Source of the DNA: Minisyncoccota bacterium
Lineage (GTDB): Bacteria; Patescibacteriota; Minisyncoccia; Phycocordibacterales; JBAYGS01
NCBI GenBank assembly: GCA_041666545.1
Contig: JBAYGS010000001.1
Span: 217,942-281,941 of the forward strand
Length of the DNA: 64,000 bases
Direction of reading: 5' to 3'
Both the position numbers and the translations under genes were made by a program. Positions 51,599-63,300 of the stretch are shown here, piece after piece; position 1 is the stretch's first letter; every line of letters starts with the position of its first letter. A model generated the notes under the pieces. The model saw nothing but the letters and a program-made list of their open reading frames with translations. It was not told the origin of the DNA and searched no databases.

Positions 51599-51616
51599 GC
51601 CAAACACTGTCCTCCG

Positions 51617-51650
51617 CCACCAACAAGACGCAATCTTGTTGGTGGTTTTT
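51617..51650. terminator. intrinsic terminator CCACCAACAAG-ACGCAAT-CTTGTTGGTGG + T5, shared by convergent genes
   Basis: Read in sequence. Confidence 0.8.
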
Positions 51651-51664
51651 ATTTACAATAAATA

Positions 51665-52396
51665 TTAAATCCCCGCCAACTTAATTGCGCCGTAGAGAAC
51701 GGCAATACCTAAAACAGTAGTGACTGTTGTCCAAATGGTTGGATGACGATGATGACTTTCCGGCAACAAGTCGCTCGCGCCAATATAGAAAAAGAAACCA
51801 CAAAAAATCGCCAGTAAAATTCCTAAAATTTGTTCCGGCACCTTTAGAAAATAAGCCACAATAATTCCCAAGACCGGCGCCAAAGCATCGAGAGTTAGCC
51901 AACTGAAAGCTTGTTTTTTGGTGCCACCATTTTTAAGAATCATGCCCACGGTATTAATACCGTCAGAAAAATCGTGGACCAAAACCGCAATCGCCACCAC
52001 AAGACCAACTGAAACCGAAACCTGAAATGCCAAACCCACAGCTAGGCCATCTAAAAAACTGTGGAAGGATAAACTCCCCGCCCCTAAGCGTCCGCGATGA
52101 CTTTGGTTTTCACAATGATCGTCATCATGATGACAGGCCGCCAAAACTCGGTCCAAAATCATGAAGAGAACAAAGCCCAGGGCAATCACACTAGAAACTG
52201 TAGAAATATCGAATGAACCGGACGAAAGCCCGACGGCCTCCGGCAATAAATCAAAAAAGGCCACGCCGATTACCGCACCGGCGCTAAAACCCAAAATTAA
52301 ATGCAATTTATCTTGATAGCGCAAGGCGAACAGTCCCCCAAGAAGGGTGGCCGCAAAAGCACCGATGGCAATGACAATAATCATAAGTAAAAGCAT
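51665..52396 (-). CDS. ZIP-family metal (zinc) transporter, ZupT-like
   Basis: 8 TM, His-rich loop HHDDDHCENQSHRG, HDFSDG motif in TM. Confidence 0.8.
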   Translation of the reverse strand: MLLLMIIVIAIGAFAATLLGGLFALRYQDKLHLILGFSAGAVIGVAFFDLLPEAVGLSSGSFDISTVSSVIALGFVLFMILDRVLAACHHDDDHCENQSHRGRLGAGSLSFHSFLDGLAVGLAFQVSVSVGLVVAIAVLVHDFSDGINTVGMILKNGGTKKQAFSWLTLDALAPVLGIIVAYFLKVPEQILGILLAIFCGFFFYIGASDLLPESHHRHPTIWTTVTTVLGIAVLYGAIKLAGI

Positions 52397-52473
52397 TCTA
52401 GCACAAAATTTGAATAGATTTAATTCTTAATCATGCTAAGATTGAACCTGTTAGCAACTAGCAAAAATATCAA

Positions 52474-53271
52474 ATGGAGAAAAATTCTTTAACCTTACCG
52501 GCCGCAATTGTGATTGCCGGAGCTCTCATTGCCGGGGCGGTTTTTTACGCTTCTTATACGCCAAGTACTACCCCATCAGTCCCAACCGGAAGGGCCGTGA
52601 GCAATGAGAGTGAGATAAATCTCAAAGCAGTTTCCGCCGACGAACATATTTTGGGTAATCCTAACGCCCAACTAAAAATTGTTGAGTTCTCTGATACTGA
52701 ATGCCCATTCTGCAAGACTTTCCACACCACCATGCAGCAAATCGTGAGTAAGTACGGCAAAACCGGAGAAATTGCCTGGATTTACCGCCACTTCCCGCTT
52801 GATAACATTCACCCAAAAACTCGCAAAGAAGCCGAGGCCACCGAGTGCGTGGACGAGCTTAAAGGCAACAGTGGTTTTTGGACATATCTCAACGCAATTT
52901 TCAGCACTACTCCGGCCAATAACAATCTTGACCCGGCGGTGCTACTTCAATTGGCCAAAGCCGAGCAAGTTAATGAGCAAAGTTTCCAAACTTGTTTGAA
53001 TAGCGGCAAATACGCGCAAAAAGTAGACGACCAATATCAAGACGGCATCGGGGTCGGAGTCCAAGGCACGCCCCACTCGGTGATTATTGCCGACAAGCCG
53101 TTTTCTAGCCAAACCATCGCCTCCGTTTTGGCTCTATACGAAAAATATCGAGACTCGCAGACAGGCGAACTGCCAGTCAAAACCTCGACCGATGGCCTAA
53201 AAGTTAGCGTAAGTGGCGCCATTCCCTACCCATTGTTTGAGCAAACAGTTTCTCTCTTACTCGGCAAGTAA
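52474..53271 (+). CDS. DsbA-like thiol:disulfide oxidoreductase, membrane-anchored
   Basis: CPFC active site in thioredoxin fold; N-terminal TM. Confidence 0.75.
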   Translation: MEKNSLTLPAAIVIAGALIAGAVFYASYTPSTTPSVPTGRAVSNESEINLKAVSADEHILGNPNAQLKIVEFSDTECPFCKTFHTTMQQIVSKYGKTGEIAWIYRHFPLDNIHPKTRKEAEATECVDELKGNSGFWTYLNAIFSTTPANNNLDPAVLLQLAKAEQVNEQSFQTCLNSGKYAQKVDDQYQDGIGVGVQGTPHSVIIADKPFSSQTIASVLALYEKYRDSQTGELPVKTSTDGLKVSVSGAIPYPLFEQTVSLLLGK

Positions 53272-53297
53272 CCTGAGAATCTCAACTCAGAAGCGGA

Positions 53298-56267
53298 CTA
53301 AACTGACAGACTCGATTTGAAATTTTTTGCCAGAACGCAATACTCGCACTCTTTTTGCCTACCAAAAGGTTTAAAATTACAAGGTAAGTCGAGCCACTTA
53401 CCCGAAGAAAGCAGGAAGTTGTAATCTTTGATGTCCTTGCGTAAAAGTTCAATCTCAGTAGAGCCAATCTGTCTTTCATAAAATCTATCCCTATCACCAA
53501 CCTCAGCCTCGACAAAGAAAAGTCGTGAGAGCGATACCGGTTTTTCATTTTTTACCTGCATCAACAAATATGAATACATGGCCAGCTGACGCAACAGATC
53601 ACTCATTCGCCCATCCTCCGTATTCTTCTCAATCTCCTTTCGGGTTTTAACCTTACCAGTTTTAAAATCAGTGACGGAAGAAGTGCCGTCAGGCAAAGCC
53701 TCAATCAAATCAATTTTTCCGGTAATCGCAATATTCGGAACGTCGGGGTCTCGATAAGAAGCAATGTTTGTCTCTGACCGAGCTTCGCCAAGTTTAGGCA
53801 CAAAATCGACAACCAAAGGTTCCAAAATTGCGAATGCATCTCTAGAAAATCGAACCCTTTCGCGATCATCCCAAATCAAGAGTTCATCCAATACTCCCGA
53901 AATCAAAACCGGCAACTCCTTTGGGGCAGTAATTTTATTTTTTAAAATTTTTTCAATCGCCGAGTGAACGAGATTACCAAAATGTAGACTCTCAGACTCC
54001 GGCTCAGGCAAACGGATAAAGTTCCTAAAATACCACTTCCAAGGGCAGCTAAAAAAGTTGTTGAGATGCGTGACCGACAGTGACCGGTCCGAGTACTCTT
54101 TCTTTACAAACTCGACAATTTCTTTCCTGGCATCCTCCGGGACAACAATCGGAGTCGCCGCAACATAAGCGAATAAATTTTCAGCTTGAATACTTTTTTC
54201 TGTCTCTCCGGCACTCCTTCTTTCAAAAAGTCCCTCGGGCATTTCCGCAATCACCTTGGCCAACTTCAAATCATTCCCGGAATAACTCATAACCGGATAA
54301 GATAGCGTCGAGTGACGTTTGGCGCGGGTAATCGCCACGTAGAGCTCACGTCTCGCGGTTAACTCATCCTTCTTAGCAATCTTCTCTTTGATTGATTCCG
54401 GCAAGGTAAAGCCTGAGTGCCTCCCTTTCATAATCGAATTCTCATCCAAATGCGCAATCCAAACGTATTCAAATTCCAAACCCTTAGAGCCGTGCATCGT
54501 GCTCACCCTTACCCCCTCATCACTTTCGAAAACCGCTAGCGGCACATCTTCACCGTAAGATTCAAGCCGATCAAGAAATTCCAGGAAATTCGACAAAGTC
54601 AGCTTATGATTCTTTTCCATTGAAACCAGGGCCAAGTGCAGCAAAGTCCGTACCACTTCAATTTCGGTAAGCAGTTTTCTGTGGCTGTCGGCATTCTGGA
54701 AAAATAATTCCGCGCCGACATATTGAATAAGTTCATAGACATCCTTCTCTCGTCCAACCTTGACAAAGCCGACAACAAGTTCGCCTAATTGTTTGATTTC
54801 GTTCTCCGCTTTTTCAAACGACTCAAGTGAAATTTTCTTACCTTGCAGACGTAAAAATTTATGAGCCTGAAGAAACGGTACGCCAGAAATAGTATCCAGC
54901 AAGAGTTCACCCAAATAAACAGGATCCGCCGGTGAGGCGATTACCCGAAAAATCCGTAGCAAGGATTGCGTCACCGGCAAACCCAAAAGCCTGGCAGATT
55001 TACCTCGCGCCACCGGCAAACCCAAATCCCTAAGAACCGCGACCGCCGTCCTGACCTGGGCTTGTTTGGGCACCAACAAGGCACACTCGTGAGGGGCGAT
55101 TCCTTCCTCAATTTTTTTCTTAATTTCAAGACCGGCCGACAAAATTTCGTCTCGAGGATACTGCGCCTCAATCAAACGAATCGCTTGCGACCCGGCCTTG
55201 TTACCGACAAGCGGCTCTTTAACCAAATCACTTTGAAGCAGTTCCCCGGCCAAATCCAAAATATTCTGAGTCGAGCGGTAATTTTGCGTGAGCGCAATCA
55301 GCTTGGTACCCTGAAACGTTTCAAGAAAATTCTGAAAATGTGACAAAGAAGCTCCGCCGAAACCGTAAATAAGCTGACGATCGTCACCAACCACAAAAAT
55401 ATTTGGTTTCTCGACATCCGCCCAAACAGCACTCAAAAAACCATTTTGTACCCCACTTGAATCCTGGTGCTCATCAACCAGGACATAGAGAAAACGCTCA
55501 CGAATCGTGTCGCGAACTTCAGACGACTTCGAAACCAGCTCAAGCAAATAGTCCAAAATATCATCGTAATCAACAAGATTGCGTGCCTTTTTAGTCCGCT
55601 CGTAAAGTTCGTAAAACCTAGCCGTCTCCGCCGTGCGCCCTTCAAGATTTTTGACCTTCTCTTTTTCTGCCGACTTCAATTGACCCTTCGTGGGTCCACG
55701 CGAAGACAAACTTTCGGGATTATTTTGAATTCTCACAACTTCCGATTCAATCTCTTTGGCGAAAACTGCCGGCACCATTCTCTCGCGCTTTAAAAGTGAA
55801 ATTAGGGACTTTAAATCGCCGAAATTGTGCTCGCCACCACTCCGTAAACGCAAACACTCCCAGTCATTGTTTTCAAGCAATTCATCATAAAGCAGAACCG
55901 CATCTTTTTCATCAAGCAATTTCGGGGGGCGCTCCAAGGATAACTCCTCATAAAACTCTTCAATCAAGGAACTGGCAAAACTGTGAAAAGTGGAAATAAC
56001 CACGCGCAGGGCCGATGGTCCGATGATTTCGGTCAAACGCTCACGCACGGCCTTCACGCCGGTATTAGTAAAAGTTAGACATAAAATCCCATCGGCCGGC
56101 GACAAGCCTTCCGCCAGAATTTTCGCAATTCGCATCGTCAAGACTTTGGTCTTACCAGTACCCGGCCCGGCAATTACCATCACTGGGCCATCAATAGTAT
56201 CTACGGCCTTTTTCTGCTCCGGATTGAGATTCTTGTACAGCTCAACAAATTTTTCGTCTTTTTTCAC
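53298..56267 (-). CDS. UvrD/PcrA-family helicase fused to C-terminal RecB-like nuclease domain with 4-Cys cluster
   Basis: Walker A AGPGTGKT, helicase motifs (DEHQD, QNYRST), C-terminal PD-(D/E)xK-like region and C..CEYC cysteine cluster. Confidence 0.85.
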   Translation of the reverse strand: MKKDEKFVELYKNLNPEQKKAVDTIDGPVMVIAGPGTGKTKVLTMRIAKILAEGLSPADGILCLTFTNTGVKAVRERLTEIIGPSALRVVISTFHSFASSLIEEFYEELSLERPPKLLDEKDAVLLYDELLENNDWECLRLRSGGEHNFGDLKSLISLLKRERMVPAVFAKEIESEVVRIQNNPESLSSRGPTKGQLKSAEKEKVKNLEGRTAETARFYELYERTKKARNLVDYDDILDYLLELVSKSSEVRDTIRERFLYVLVDEHQDSSGVQNGFLSAVWADVEKPNIFVVGDDRQLIYGFGGASLSHFQNFLETFQGTKLIALTQNYRSTQNILDLAGELLQSDLVKEPLVGNKAGSQAIRLIEAQYPRDEILSAGLEIKKKIEEGIAPHECALLVPKQAQVRTAVAVLRDLGLPVARGKSARLLGLPVTQSLLRIFRVIASPADPVYLGELLLDTISGVPFLQAHKFLRLQGKKISLESFEKAENEIKQLGELVVGFVKVGREKDVYELIQYVGAELFFQNADSHRKLLTEIEVVRTLLHLALVSMEKNHKLTLSNFLEFLDRLESYGEDVPLAVFESDEGVRVSTMHGSKGLEFEYVWIAHLDENSIMKGRHSGFTLPESIKEKIAKKDELTARRELYVAITRAKRHSTLSYPVMSYSGNDLKLAKVIAEMPEGLFERRSAGETEKSIQAENLFAYVAATPIVVPEDARKEIVEFVKKEYSDRSLSVTHLNNFFSCPWKWYFRNFIRLPEPESESLHFGNLVHSAIEKILKNKITAPKELPVLISGVLDELLIWDDRERVRFSRDAFAILEPLVVDFVPKLGEARSETNIASYRDPDVPNIAITGKIDLIEALPDGTSSVTDFKTGKVKTRKEIEKNTEDGRMSDLLRQLAMYSYLLMQVKNEKPVSLSRLFFVEAEVGDRDRFYERQIGSTEIELLRKDIKDYNFLLSSGKWLDLPCNFKPFGRQKECEYCVLAKNFKSSLSV

Positions 56268-56358
56268 GAGTTAAGTATAACATTCGGCAATTTGAGCCAA
56301 ATTAAATCCTGACTTGCTTTTATCTGTAAAATATGTATAAATTATATAAGAAAAACTT

Positions 56359-56535
56359 ATGAATATTATCAATATCATTCCCGTATTCTTTGACGGCCAG
56401 GGGACAGCAACCAGCTACAAGTTCAAGCCAAGAATCGTCCGAATGAGTCGGGTCGGCAAGAGGTTGCACTTCCTCCTTCGTCCGGCCAAAGGCCGCAAAA
56501 AACCCCACCTCAAGACCCCTCTTAAAACGGCCTAA
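56359..56535 (+). CDS. possible small basic protein (58 aa) ending at a strong terminator
   Basis: Unlisted ORF; TTGCTT-16-TATAAA promoter-like upstream; competes with antisense track ORF 56320..56508. Confidence 0.3.
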   Translation: MNIINIIPVFFDGQGTATSYKFKPRIVRMSRVGKRLHFLLRPAKGRKKPHLKTPLKTA

Positions 56536-56550
56536 CTATTTTCACCACAA

Positions 56551-56576
56551 CGCCCCGAAACCTTCGGGGCGTTTTT
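56551..56576 (+). terminator. intrinsic terminator CGCCCCGAAACCTTCGGGGCG + T5
   Basis: Read in sequence. Confidence 0.75.
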
Positions 56577-56634
56577 AATTAAAAACTCCATCCAACCTCT
56601 TGGTCAAATGGAGTCAGACTGACTATTCTAGAAA

Positions 56635-57186
56635 CTACTCCGGGAAGAACGCGGACCAGAGGCGATGTGATAAACGGCTTTTTACCACCGCCATCTTGTC
56701 GAAATAAAGACGAGGGTCAGACAAGGGAACTGTTCCAACCACCCATTCATCTGACACGAACGCCAAAAATGGCGACACCCTCTCCTTGTTCATAGTGGTC
56801 AAAATTTCCCCATCAAAAAAGATCCGACTGGCATGCTGACCTTGCGCTGCCTCTTGCCACTCTTTTGGAATGAGCGACGACTCAGTTATCAGCCGACACA
56901 AGACTTCGATACCGAGTGGGATCCATGTCTGATGTTGCCCCATTTCCCAAAGCACTTCTCCTCCACTTAAGCTAAGTCGACTAGGGCCAACAAAGGCATC
57001 GCCACCGAGTAGTCGGATGTCCCTAATCCGGACAAGATCCACGGCACTCCACAATCTATCGCTCCGCCAATCTACCATCTTGCCACCGAAAAGCTTTTCA
57101 AGAGTAGCGCGTGTGGCCTTGATGTCTTTATTGTCGGAACCTGACTCACGGTACCAGAGCGCCTGCCGACACTTTACTGTGCTCAT
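56635..57186 (-). CDS. hypothetical protein (183 aa)
   Basis: Track ORF with its own promoter. Confidence 0.5.
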   Translation of the reverse strand: MSTVKCRQALWYRESGSDNKDIKATRATLEKLFGGKMVDWRSDRLWSAVDLVRIRDIRLLGGDAFVGPSRLSLSGGEVLWEMGQHQTWIPLGIEVLCRLITESSLIPKEWQEAAQGQHASRIFFDGEILTTMNKERVSPFLAFVSDEWVVGTVPLSDPRLYFDKMAVVKSRLSHRLWSAFFPE

Positions 57187-57254
57187 GTCAATCTCCTTAT
57201 TTGAATTTTCATTCTTTGTTTTGGGTCAGAATTTGCACCTGTCTATCTTCTTTA

Positions 57255-57282
57255 ATTATACACAAAACACCCGAACTGTCAA
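57255..57282 (-). promoter_or_regulatory. sigma-70 consensus promoter TTGACA-16-TATAAT for 57186 gene
   Basis: Minus-strand TTGACAGTTCGGGTGTTTTGTGTATAAT. Confidence 0.5.
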
Positions 57283-57312
57283 TAGTCGAGCGTCCTTGCG
57301 CTTTTTCGGTAA

Positions 57313-58542
57313 TTAATAGTTTCGCAGTCGGTTCACTCTCTCGTGCTGGCGGATTTTTTCGTGGGCCTTGGCTTCAATCTGACGAATTCGTTCGCGCGTG
57401 ACCCCGAACTCCTTCCCCACTTCTTCGAGAGTATGAGTAATACCGTCCATCAAACCATGACGCATTTCCAAAATCTTTCTCTCCTTCGGTGAAAGATCGC
57501 CCAAAATTTGTTTGACTTGGTCAGCCAAAATTCGTCTCGAGGATTCCTGATCCGGTGAAAGGATTTTATCATCCGGCAAAAAGTCACCCAGGGTCGATTT
57601 ACCGTCGTCACCCTCATCACCAACCGGTGATTCCAGAGAAACGGTATCTTGGTCAATTTTTTCAATTGAATAAACCTTTTCAACATCCAGACCCATTTCG
57701 GTCGCAATTTCTTCCGGCAAAGGTTCTCGGCCCAAGTCCTGTGACAGGCGTCTAACAACTTGTTTGTATTTGGCGATTGTTTCCACCATGTGCACCGGCA
57801 CGCGAATCGTGCGCGACTGGTCGGCCAAGGCTCTAGTAATCGCTTGCCTAATCCACCAGGTGGCATAGGTCGAAAACTTGTAGCCTTTGGTCCAATCAAA
57901 TTTATCAACGGCCTTGAAAAGGCCGAGGTTGCCCTCTTGAATCAAGTCGAGCAAGGTTAGATCAGGACTGCGGCCAACATATTTTTTAGCAATCGAAACC
58001 ACCAAACGCAGGTTGGCGCGTGCGAGCAGATTTTTTGCCTCTTCGTCACCCTTCTCAATTCGCTTAGCCAAATCTTTTTCGGTTACGGCGGAAATCAAAG
58101 GATACTGGCCAATCTCCTTAAGATAGATCTGAATGGAGTCGTAAGATGAATCGCCTCGGCTATAGGAATATTTTCGGCTCGGCGCGACAGCTTCCGGCGC
58201 ATCAATCTCCAACATGCCTCCCCCCTCCAAAATATCGATACCGGCCACCGAAAGTTTGTTGTAGAGCTCATCCAAAAACATCACATCCTGTTCAATGTTC
58301 GGAAATTCCTTGAGAATCTCGTCGTAGGTCACAAAGCCGCGTTCTCGGCCTTTCGTAATTAATTTTTCAGCCTTAGATAGCCAATCCCGATGCTTCCGGT
58401 CGGGCTTTTTCCCGGCAACCTTCGGCTTAACCCCCGTTTTTTTGGCTTTTACTTTGGCAACCTTCTTTTTTGGCTTTGAAGAGGCTTTCTTTGTGGAGGC
58501 TTTCTTCTTGCCAACTTGGCGTTTAGTAGTTTTTTTGGGCAT
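57313..58542 (-). CDS. rpoD: RNA polymerase sigma factor RpoD (sigma-70)
   Basis: Regions 1.2-4; [31 protein letters not shown], region 4 HTH; basic N-terminal extension. Confidence 0.9.
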   Translation of the reverse strand: MPKKTTKRQVGKKKASTKKASSKPKKKVAKVKAKKTGVKPKVAGKKPDRKHRDWLSKAEKLITKGRERGFVTYDEILKEFPNIEQDVMFLDELYNKLSVAGIDILEGGGMLEIDAPEAVAPSRKYSYSRGDSSYDSIQIYLKEIGQYPLISAVTEKDLAKRIEKGDEEAKNLLARANLRLVVSIAKKYVGRSPDLTLLDLIQEGNLGLFKAVDKFDWTKGYKFSTYATWWIRQAITRALADQSRTIRVPVHMVETIAKYKQVVRRLSQDLGREPLPEEIATEMGLDVEKVYSIEKIDQDTVSLESPVGDEGDDGKSTLGDFLPDDKILSPDQESSRRILADQVKQILGDLSPKERKILEMRHGLMDGITHTLEEVGKEFGVTRERIRQIEAKAHEKIRQHERVNRLRNY

Positions 58543-58594
58543 TTTGTAAAGATTAATTATATATAAAAATAGAGTTTAAAGCGAGATGGGCTAT

Positions 58595-60277
58595 TCAGGT
58601 CTTAAGTTTGAGCGAAATTTCGTGGCACTGCTTTAAAATCTTTTCAGCTTTAGCTTTATCACCCAAAACTTCGGCTTCTCTCAATTCGACCATGGCCGCA
58701 CTTAGCTCTGACCTTAGGTTTTCCTTATAAAACTCACTGAACAACTCCGCGACTTCTCGATCCAATTTATTGGCATCAGCATAGGCCACTTCGGCCTCAA
58801 AGGATAACTCGGTTGCTTTCTTCTCATAAAACTTATCTACCTCCGCAAATTTTTCGACCCCTAAAATTTCCTTAAATTTTTGTTCCATCTCGGCAACCGA
58901 GATTAACGGTGTCGCGGCCAATCTCTGCCAATAAAGAATCGCAATTAGGCGTTTGCCGATATAATTTTTGCGAGTGACTTTTGGACCTTCCGCCACCTCC
59001 TCCTTTTCGATCTGCCTTTCTTCCTGATGCCTGACCTTGCCCAAATCTTCCCAGACGGCCTCTTCTTTCACCCCGAGTGCCCTGGCAACTTTGGCAACGG
59101 CTTGGGACTTCTCAATCGCGCTCTCCAAAAATGCTACATAAGGTAAAACTTCCTGACGGACTGCCTTAACTTTGTCGCGGCCACCTTTTTCAATCGCTCG
59201 CTTTAGGGCAAAATCAATTACATCAGTGCTTTCTTTGATGACCTTTTTCCAAGCCTCTTTGTCTTTAAGAATGAGCGAGGCCGGATCCTCGTCGGCCGGC
59301 AAATTGGCAACTTTCACCTCAAACCCCCTTTCCAGAGCCAGTTGGGTGCTTCTTAGGGCCGCTTTATAACCCGCACCATCAGCATCAAAAGCCATGATAA
59401 TTCTTGATGACAGCCGATTCAAAAGAACCAATTGTTCTTCGGAGAGCGCTGTGCCAGAAGAAGCTACTGTGTTGATAAATCCGGCCTGGTGGGACATTAG
59501 TAAATCCATCTGCCCCTCAACCAAAATAGAATAATTAAGAGTCCGAATCTGCTGTTTCGCCTTATCAAAGCCAAAAAATATTTTCGATTTGGTGAAAAGC
59601 GGAGTTTCCGGACTATTGAGATACTTGGCCGACTTGCCGTCGTCGTGAAGAATTCGGCCGGAAAAAGCCACAACCCGACTGGAAGCATCACAAATCGGAA
59701 AAGCAATCCGGTCTCGGAAGGTGTCATAGACTCGGCCTTCAGATTTCTTAACCAAACCGGCCCTAAGCAAGATTTCCTCGCTAAACTTTCGACCCGCAAG
59801 CTCGTGCTCAAGAGTGTGCCAATCATTTAACGCGTATCCCAGCCGGAAGTCCGAGATAGTCTTTTCGGTCAATCCCCTTTTTAAGAGATAATCTTTCGCT
59901 TCAGAATTTTGCACCAAATTTTCTTCATAAAACTTGGCCGCTTCCTCCATTGCCTCAAACAATTTTTCTCTTTCATCTTTAACGGCGGGATTTTCAAAAA
60001 CCACCGGCACTCCCGCGCGTTCACCCAAAAGCTTCAAGGCGCCAACAAAATCCAGACCGTCAATTTGCTGAACAAAACTGAAAATATCACCTTTCGCCCC
60101 GCAACCGAAGCAGTAGTAAGTTCCGCGATCCGGCGACACGAAAAAAGACGGCGTTTTTTCATTGTGAAATGGGCACCGGCCTTTTAGATTGGCGCCGGCG
60201 CGCGTCAGCTTCACATATGGCTCAACCACATCTTCAATCGAGAGCCGCTCTTTAATTTTTGAAGCGGTACTGCTCAT
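58595..60277 (-). CDS. dnaG: DNA primase
   Basis: Zinc ribbon CPFHNEKTPSF..CFGCG, TOPRIM domain. Confidence 0.9.
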   Translation of the reverse strand: MSSTASKIKERLSIEDVVEPYVKLTRAGANLKGRCPFHNEKTPSFFVSPDRGTYYCFGCGAKGDIFSFVQQIDGLDFVGALKLLGERAGVPVVFENPAVKDEREKLFEAMEEAAKFYEENLVQNSEAKDYLLKRGLTEKTISDFRLGYALNDWHTLEHELAGRKFSEEILLRAGLVKKSEGRVYDTFRDRIAFPICDASSRVVAFSGRILHDDGKSAKYLNSPETPLFTKSKIFFGFDKAKQQIRTLNYSILVEGQMDLLMSHQAGFINTVASSGTALSEEQLVLLNRLSSRIIMAFDADGAGYKAALRSTQLALERGFEVKVANLPADEDPASLILKDKEAWKKVIKESTDVIDFALKRAIEKGGRDKVKAVRQEVLPYVAFLESAIEKSQAVAKVARALGVKEEAVWEDLGKVRHQEERQIEKEEVAEGPKVTRKNYIGKRLIAILYWQRLAATPLISVAEMEQKFKEILGVEKFAEVDKFYEKKATELSFEAEVAYADANKLDREVAELFSEFYKENLRSELSAAMVELREAEVLGDKAKAEKILKQCHEISLKLKT

Positions 60278-60309
60278 TTAATAGATTTTAACCGACCCGA
60301 AAACTCCTA

Positions 60310-63300
60310 CTAGTAGGCTTCGCCACTACCGTCAAAATAATCTTCTCGCACTTCCTGTTTAATGCTTCGAAGCATAATTTCTTTTGGACTGCCACGGAAA
60401 CCGGTACCGGCTGGAATCAAGCGGCCAAGGATAACATTTTCTTTCAGACCGGCGAGATGATCGACACTGCCCCGAACGGCACTCGAGATCAAAACTCGGC
60501 TGGTGTGTTGGAAGGAAGCCGCCGACAAGAAACTGCGTCGTGACAAGGAAACTTCGGTAATACCCATGACCACCGAATCAGCCTTGGCTTCGAGTAAATT
60601 CTTTTCTTTAATCTCGTCATTGACTTGGCTAAGGTGTCGATTCTCGATGACATCACCCACTGAAAATTCGCTGTCACCGGCTTCTTTGACTCGCTTTCGC
60701 GAGAACATCTGACGAACAATGATTTCGATGTGTCGACGAGCTACTCGTTCACCCTGCAATTCATAAAGTTTGGAAACTTCGCTAATGATATAGCTTTCGG
60801 CTCGTTCTTTGCCGGCATATTTGAAGACTTCGTCGATATCAGCCGAACCGTCGGTGATAATATCGCCCTTCAAAACTTTGTCGCCAACTTTAACCAAAGG
60901 CATGCGTTTGTAGTGAACGAGATACTCAACTTCGGCTTTCTTCTTAGTTTTGCTCTTATCATGAATTTCCGGGGTGACAACAATAATCTTCTCCTTACCG
61001 TCAGTTTTGATTTCTGTGACCATTCCATCAACCCGATTCACCACGGCCGGATTTTTCGGACTGCGTTTTTCAAAGACTTCCTCGACTCGAGGCAGACCTT
61101 GAGTGATGTCGCCACCAACTGAAGCGGTACCACCGGCGTGGAAAGTACGCATAGTAAGTTGAGTTCCCGGCTCACCAATCGCTTGAGCAGCCACAGTACC
61201 GACAGCCTCACCCAATTCTACCGGTTTGCCTTTACCAAGATCCAAGCCATAACACTTGGCACAAATACCTTGAGAGGTTTTGCAGGTCAAAGGCGAGCGT
61301 ACTTTAACTTCTGTAATTTGAGCGTCCTCAATTTCTTGCGCCTCGACTTTAGTCAGCAAATGCCCCTTTTTGAAAAGCACTTTGCCATTATGAACCAAAT
61401 CATCTGGTAGAAATCTACCCTTGATGCTCTTGGCAATTGAGACATCCATACCAAGAGAAAGGTCTTTCCTGATAATTGCACCCTCTTTGGTACCGCAATC
61501 ATCTTCAGTAATAATCACATCGTGAGCCACATCGAAAAGGCGTCGGGTTAGATAACCGGCTTTGGCGGTGTTTAGAGCGGTGTCAGTCAGACCCTTTCGA
61601 GAACCGTGGGTTGTAATGAAGTATTCAATCGGAGTAAGACCTTCCTTCATACAAGAAAGAATCGGGAATTCGATAGTTTCACCGCTCGTGCTCTGAATCA
61701 AACCTTTCATACCAACCATTTGGGTGATGTTGCCGAGTGAACCTCGAGCACCGGATTCCACCATGTCATGAACCGGGCCATTCTGATCCAAACTGTTAGG
61801 AATAACTTTTTCCAGCTCGGTTTTAGCAGACTGCCAAATTTCAATATTGATTCGGCGCTTTTCTTCCTCGGAGAGCAGACCTTCATTAAATTGCTCCTTA
61901 ACTTCGCTGGCTTTCTTTTTGGCTTTCGCGACAATCTCGGTTTTCTCCTCTGGGATCATAACATCGTCAATGCCCCAAGTGACACCCGAAACCGTAGCGT
62001 ATTTGAAACCGAAAGCTTTGATCCGGTCGAGAATTTCCGGAGTTTTGTCGATACCATAACGACCCATGACATCATCAATAATCTTAGCTAGAGCCTTCTT
62101 ATTGATTTCTTTATTGATATAAGGGTAGTCTTCGGGTAGTACGCCGTTAAATAACAGTCGGCCAACTGAGGTCTCGAAAATTTCGCCATTGAAGCCACTG
62201 AACTTTTTGCTGTCATTGGCCAAGATTTTAATTTTTGAGCGGATACCGACAACACCGTAGGTTCGAGCGGTAATCGCGCTGTTTGGTCCTGGGAAAATTT
62301 TGCCCTCACCCAAACCGTTTTCCTCCAACTTGGTCATCCAGTAACACCCGAAAATAATGTCGAGCAATTTAGCGGAGATGATTGGGTCACCAGATCCCGG
62401 TTTCAGGATGTTTTTGTCCGAGGCCATAATTTCTCTGGCTTCCATTTGAGCTTCTTTGGACAACGGCACATGAACGGCCATTTGGTCACCGTCGAAGTCG
62501 GCGTTGAAAGCGGTACAAACCAACGGGTGAACCTGGATGGCGTTGCCTTCAATCAGAATCGGCTGAAAGGCCTGAATACCAAGGCGGTGCAAAGTCGGCG
62601 CTCGGTTTAGGAGCACATACTTGTCTTTAATAATATCTTCCAAAATGGCCCAAACCTCCGGCACTCCTTCGTCGATCAAGCGACCAGCACCTCTAATGTT
62701 ATAAGCCAATTCTTTCTCCAAAATCTTTGAAATAACGAATGGTCGGAAAAGCTCTAGTGCCATGTGCTTTGGCAAGCCACACTGATTTAGGCGCAAGGTC
62801 GGACCAACCACAATGACGGATCGACCGGAATAGTCGACTCGTTTACCCAAGAGATTACCTCTTAGCAATCCGCGCTTGCCTTTCAGGTTGTCGGCCAAAG
62901 ATTTGAGCGGTCGCTTTTGAGCTTGGCTTAAAGCGCCGGCCGAATTACTACCGTGTCTGATTGAGTTGTCCAAAAGCGAATCTACCGCTTCTTGTAGAAT
63001 TCTTTTTTCGTTTCGCAAAATAACCTCCGGCGCACTGATTTCCTTGAGCTTTTGTAATCGATTGTTTCGATTGATAACTCGTCGGTAAAGATCGTTCACA
63101 TCAGAAGTGGCATAGCGACCACCATCAAGCGCCACCATCGGTCGAAGGGCCGGCGGGATAACCGGAATGCTGGTTAGAAACATCCACTCTGGCCTGACGC
63201 CCGAGCGCACCATGGATTTAACCAACGAAACTCGCTTCTGCAATTTTTCGCGCTCAGCCGCACTCACAGTTTCAAGTTGTTCAGTGACTGTCACCAACAA

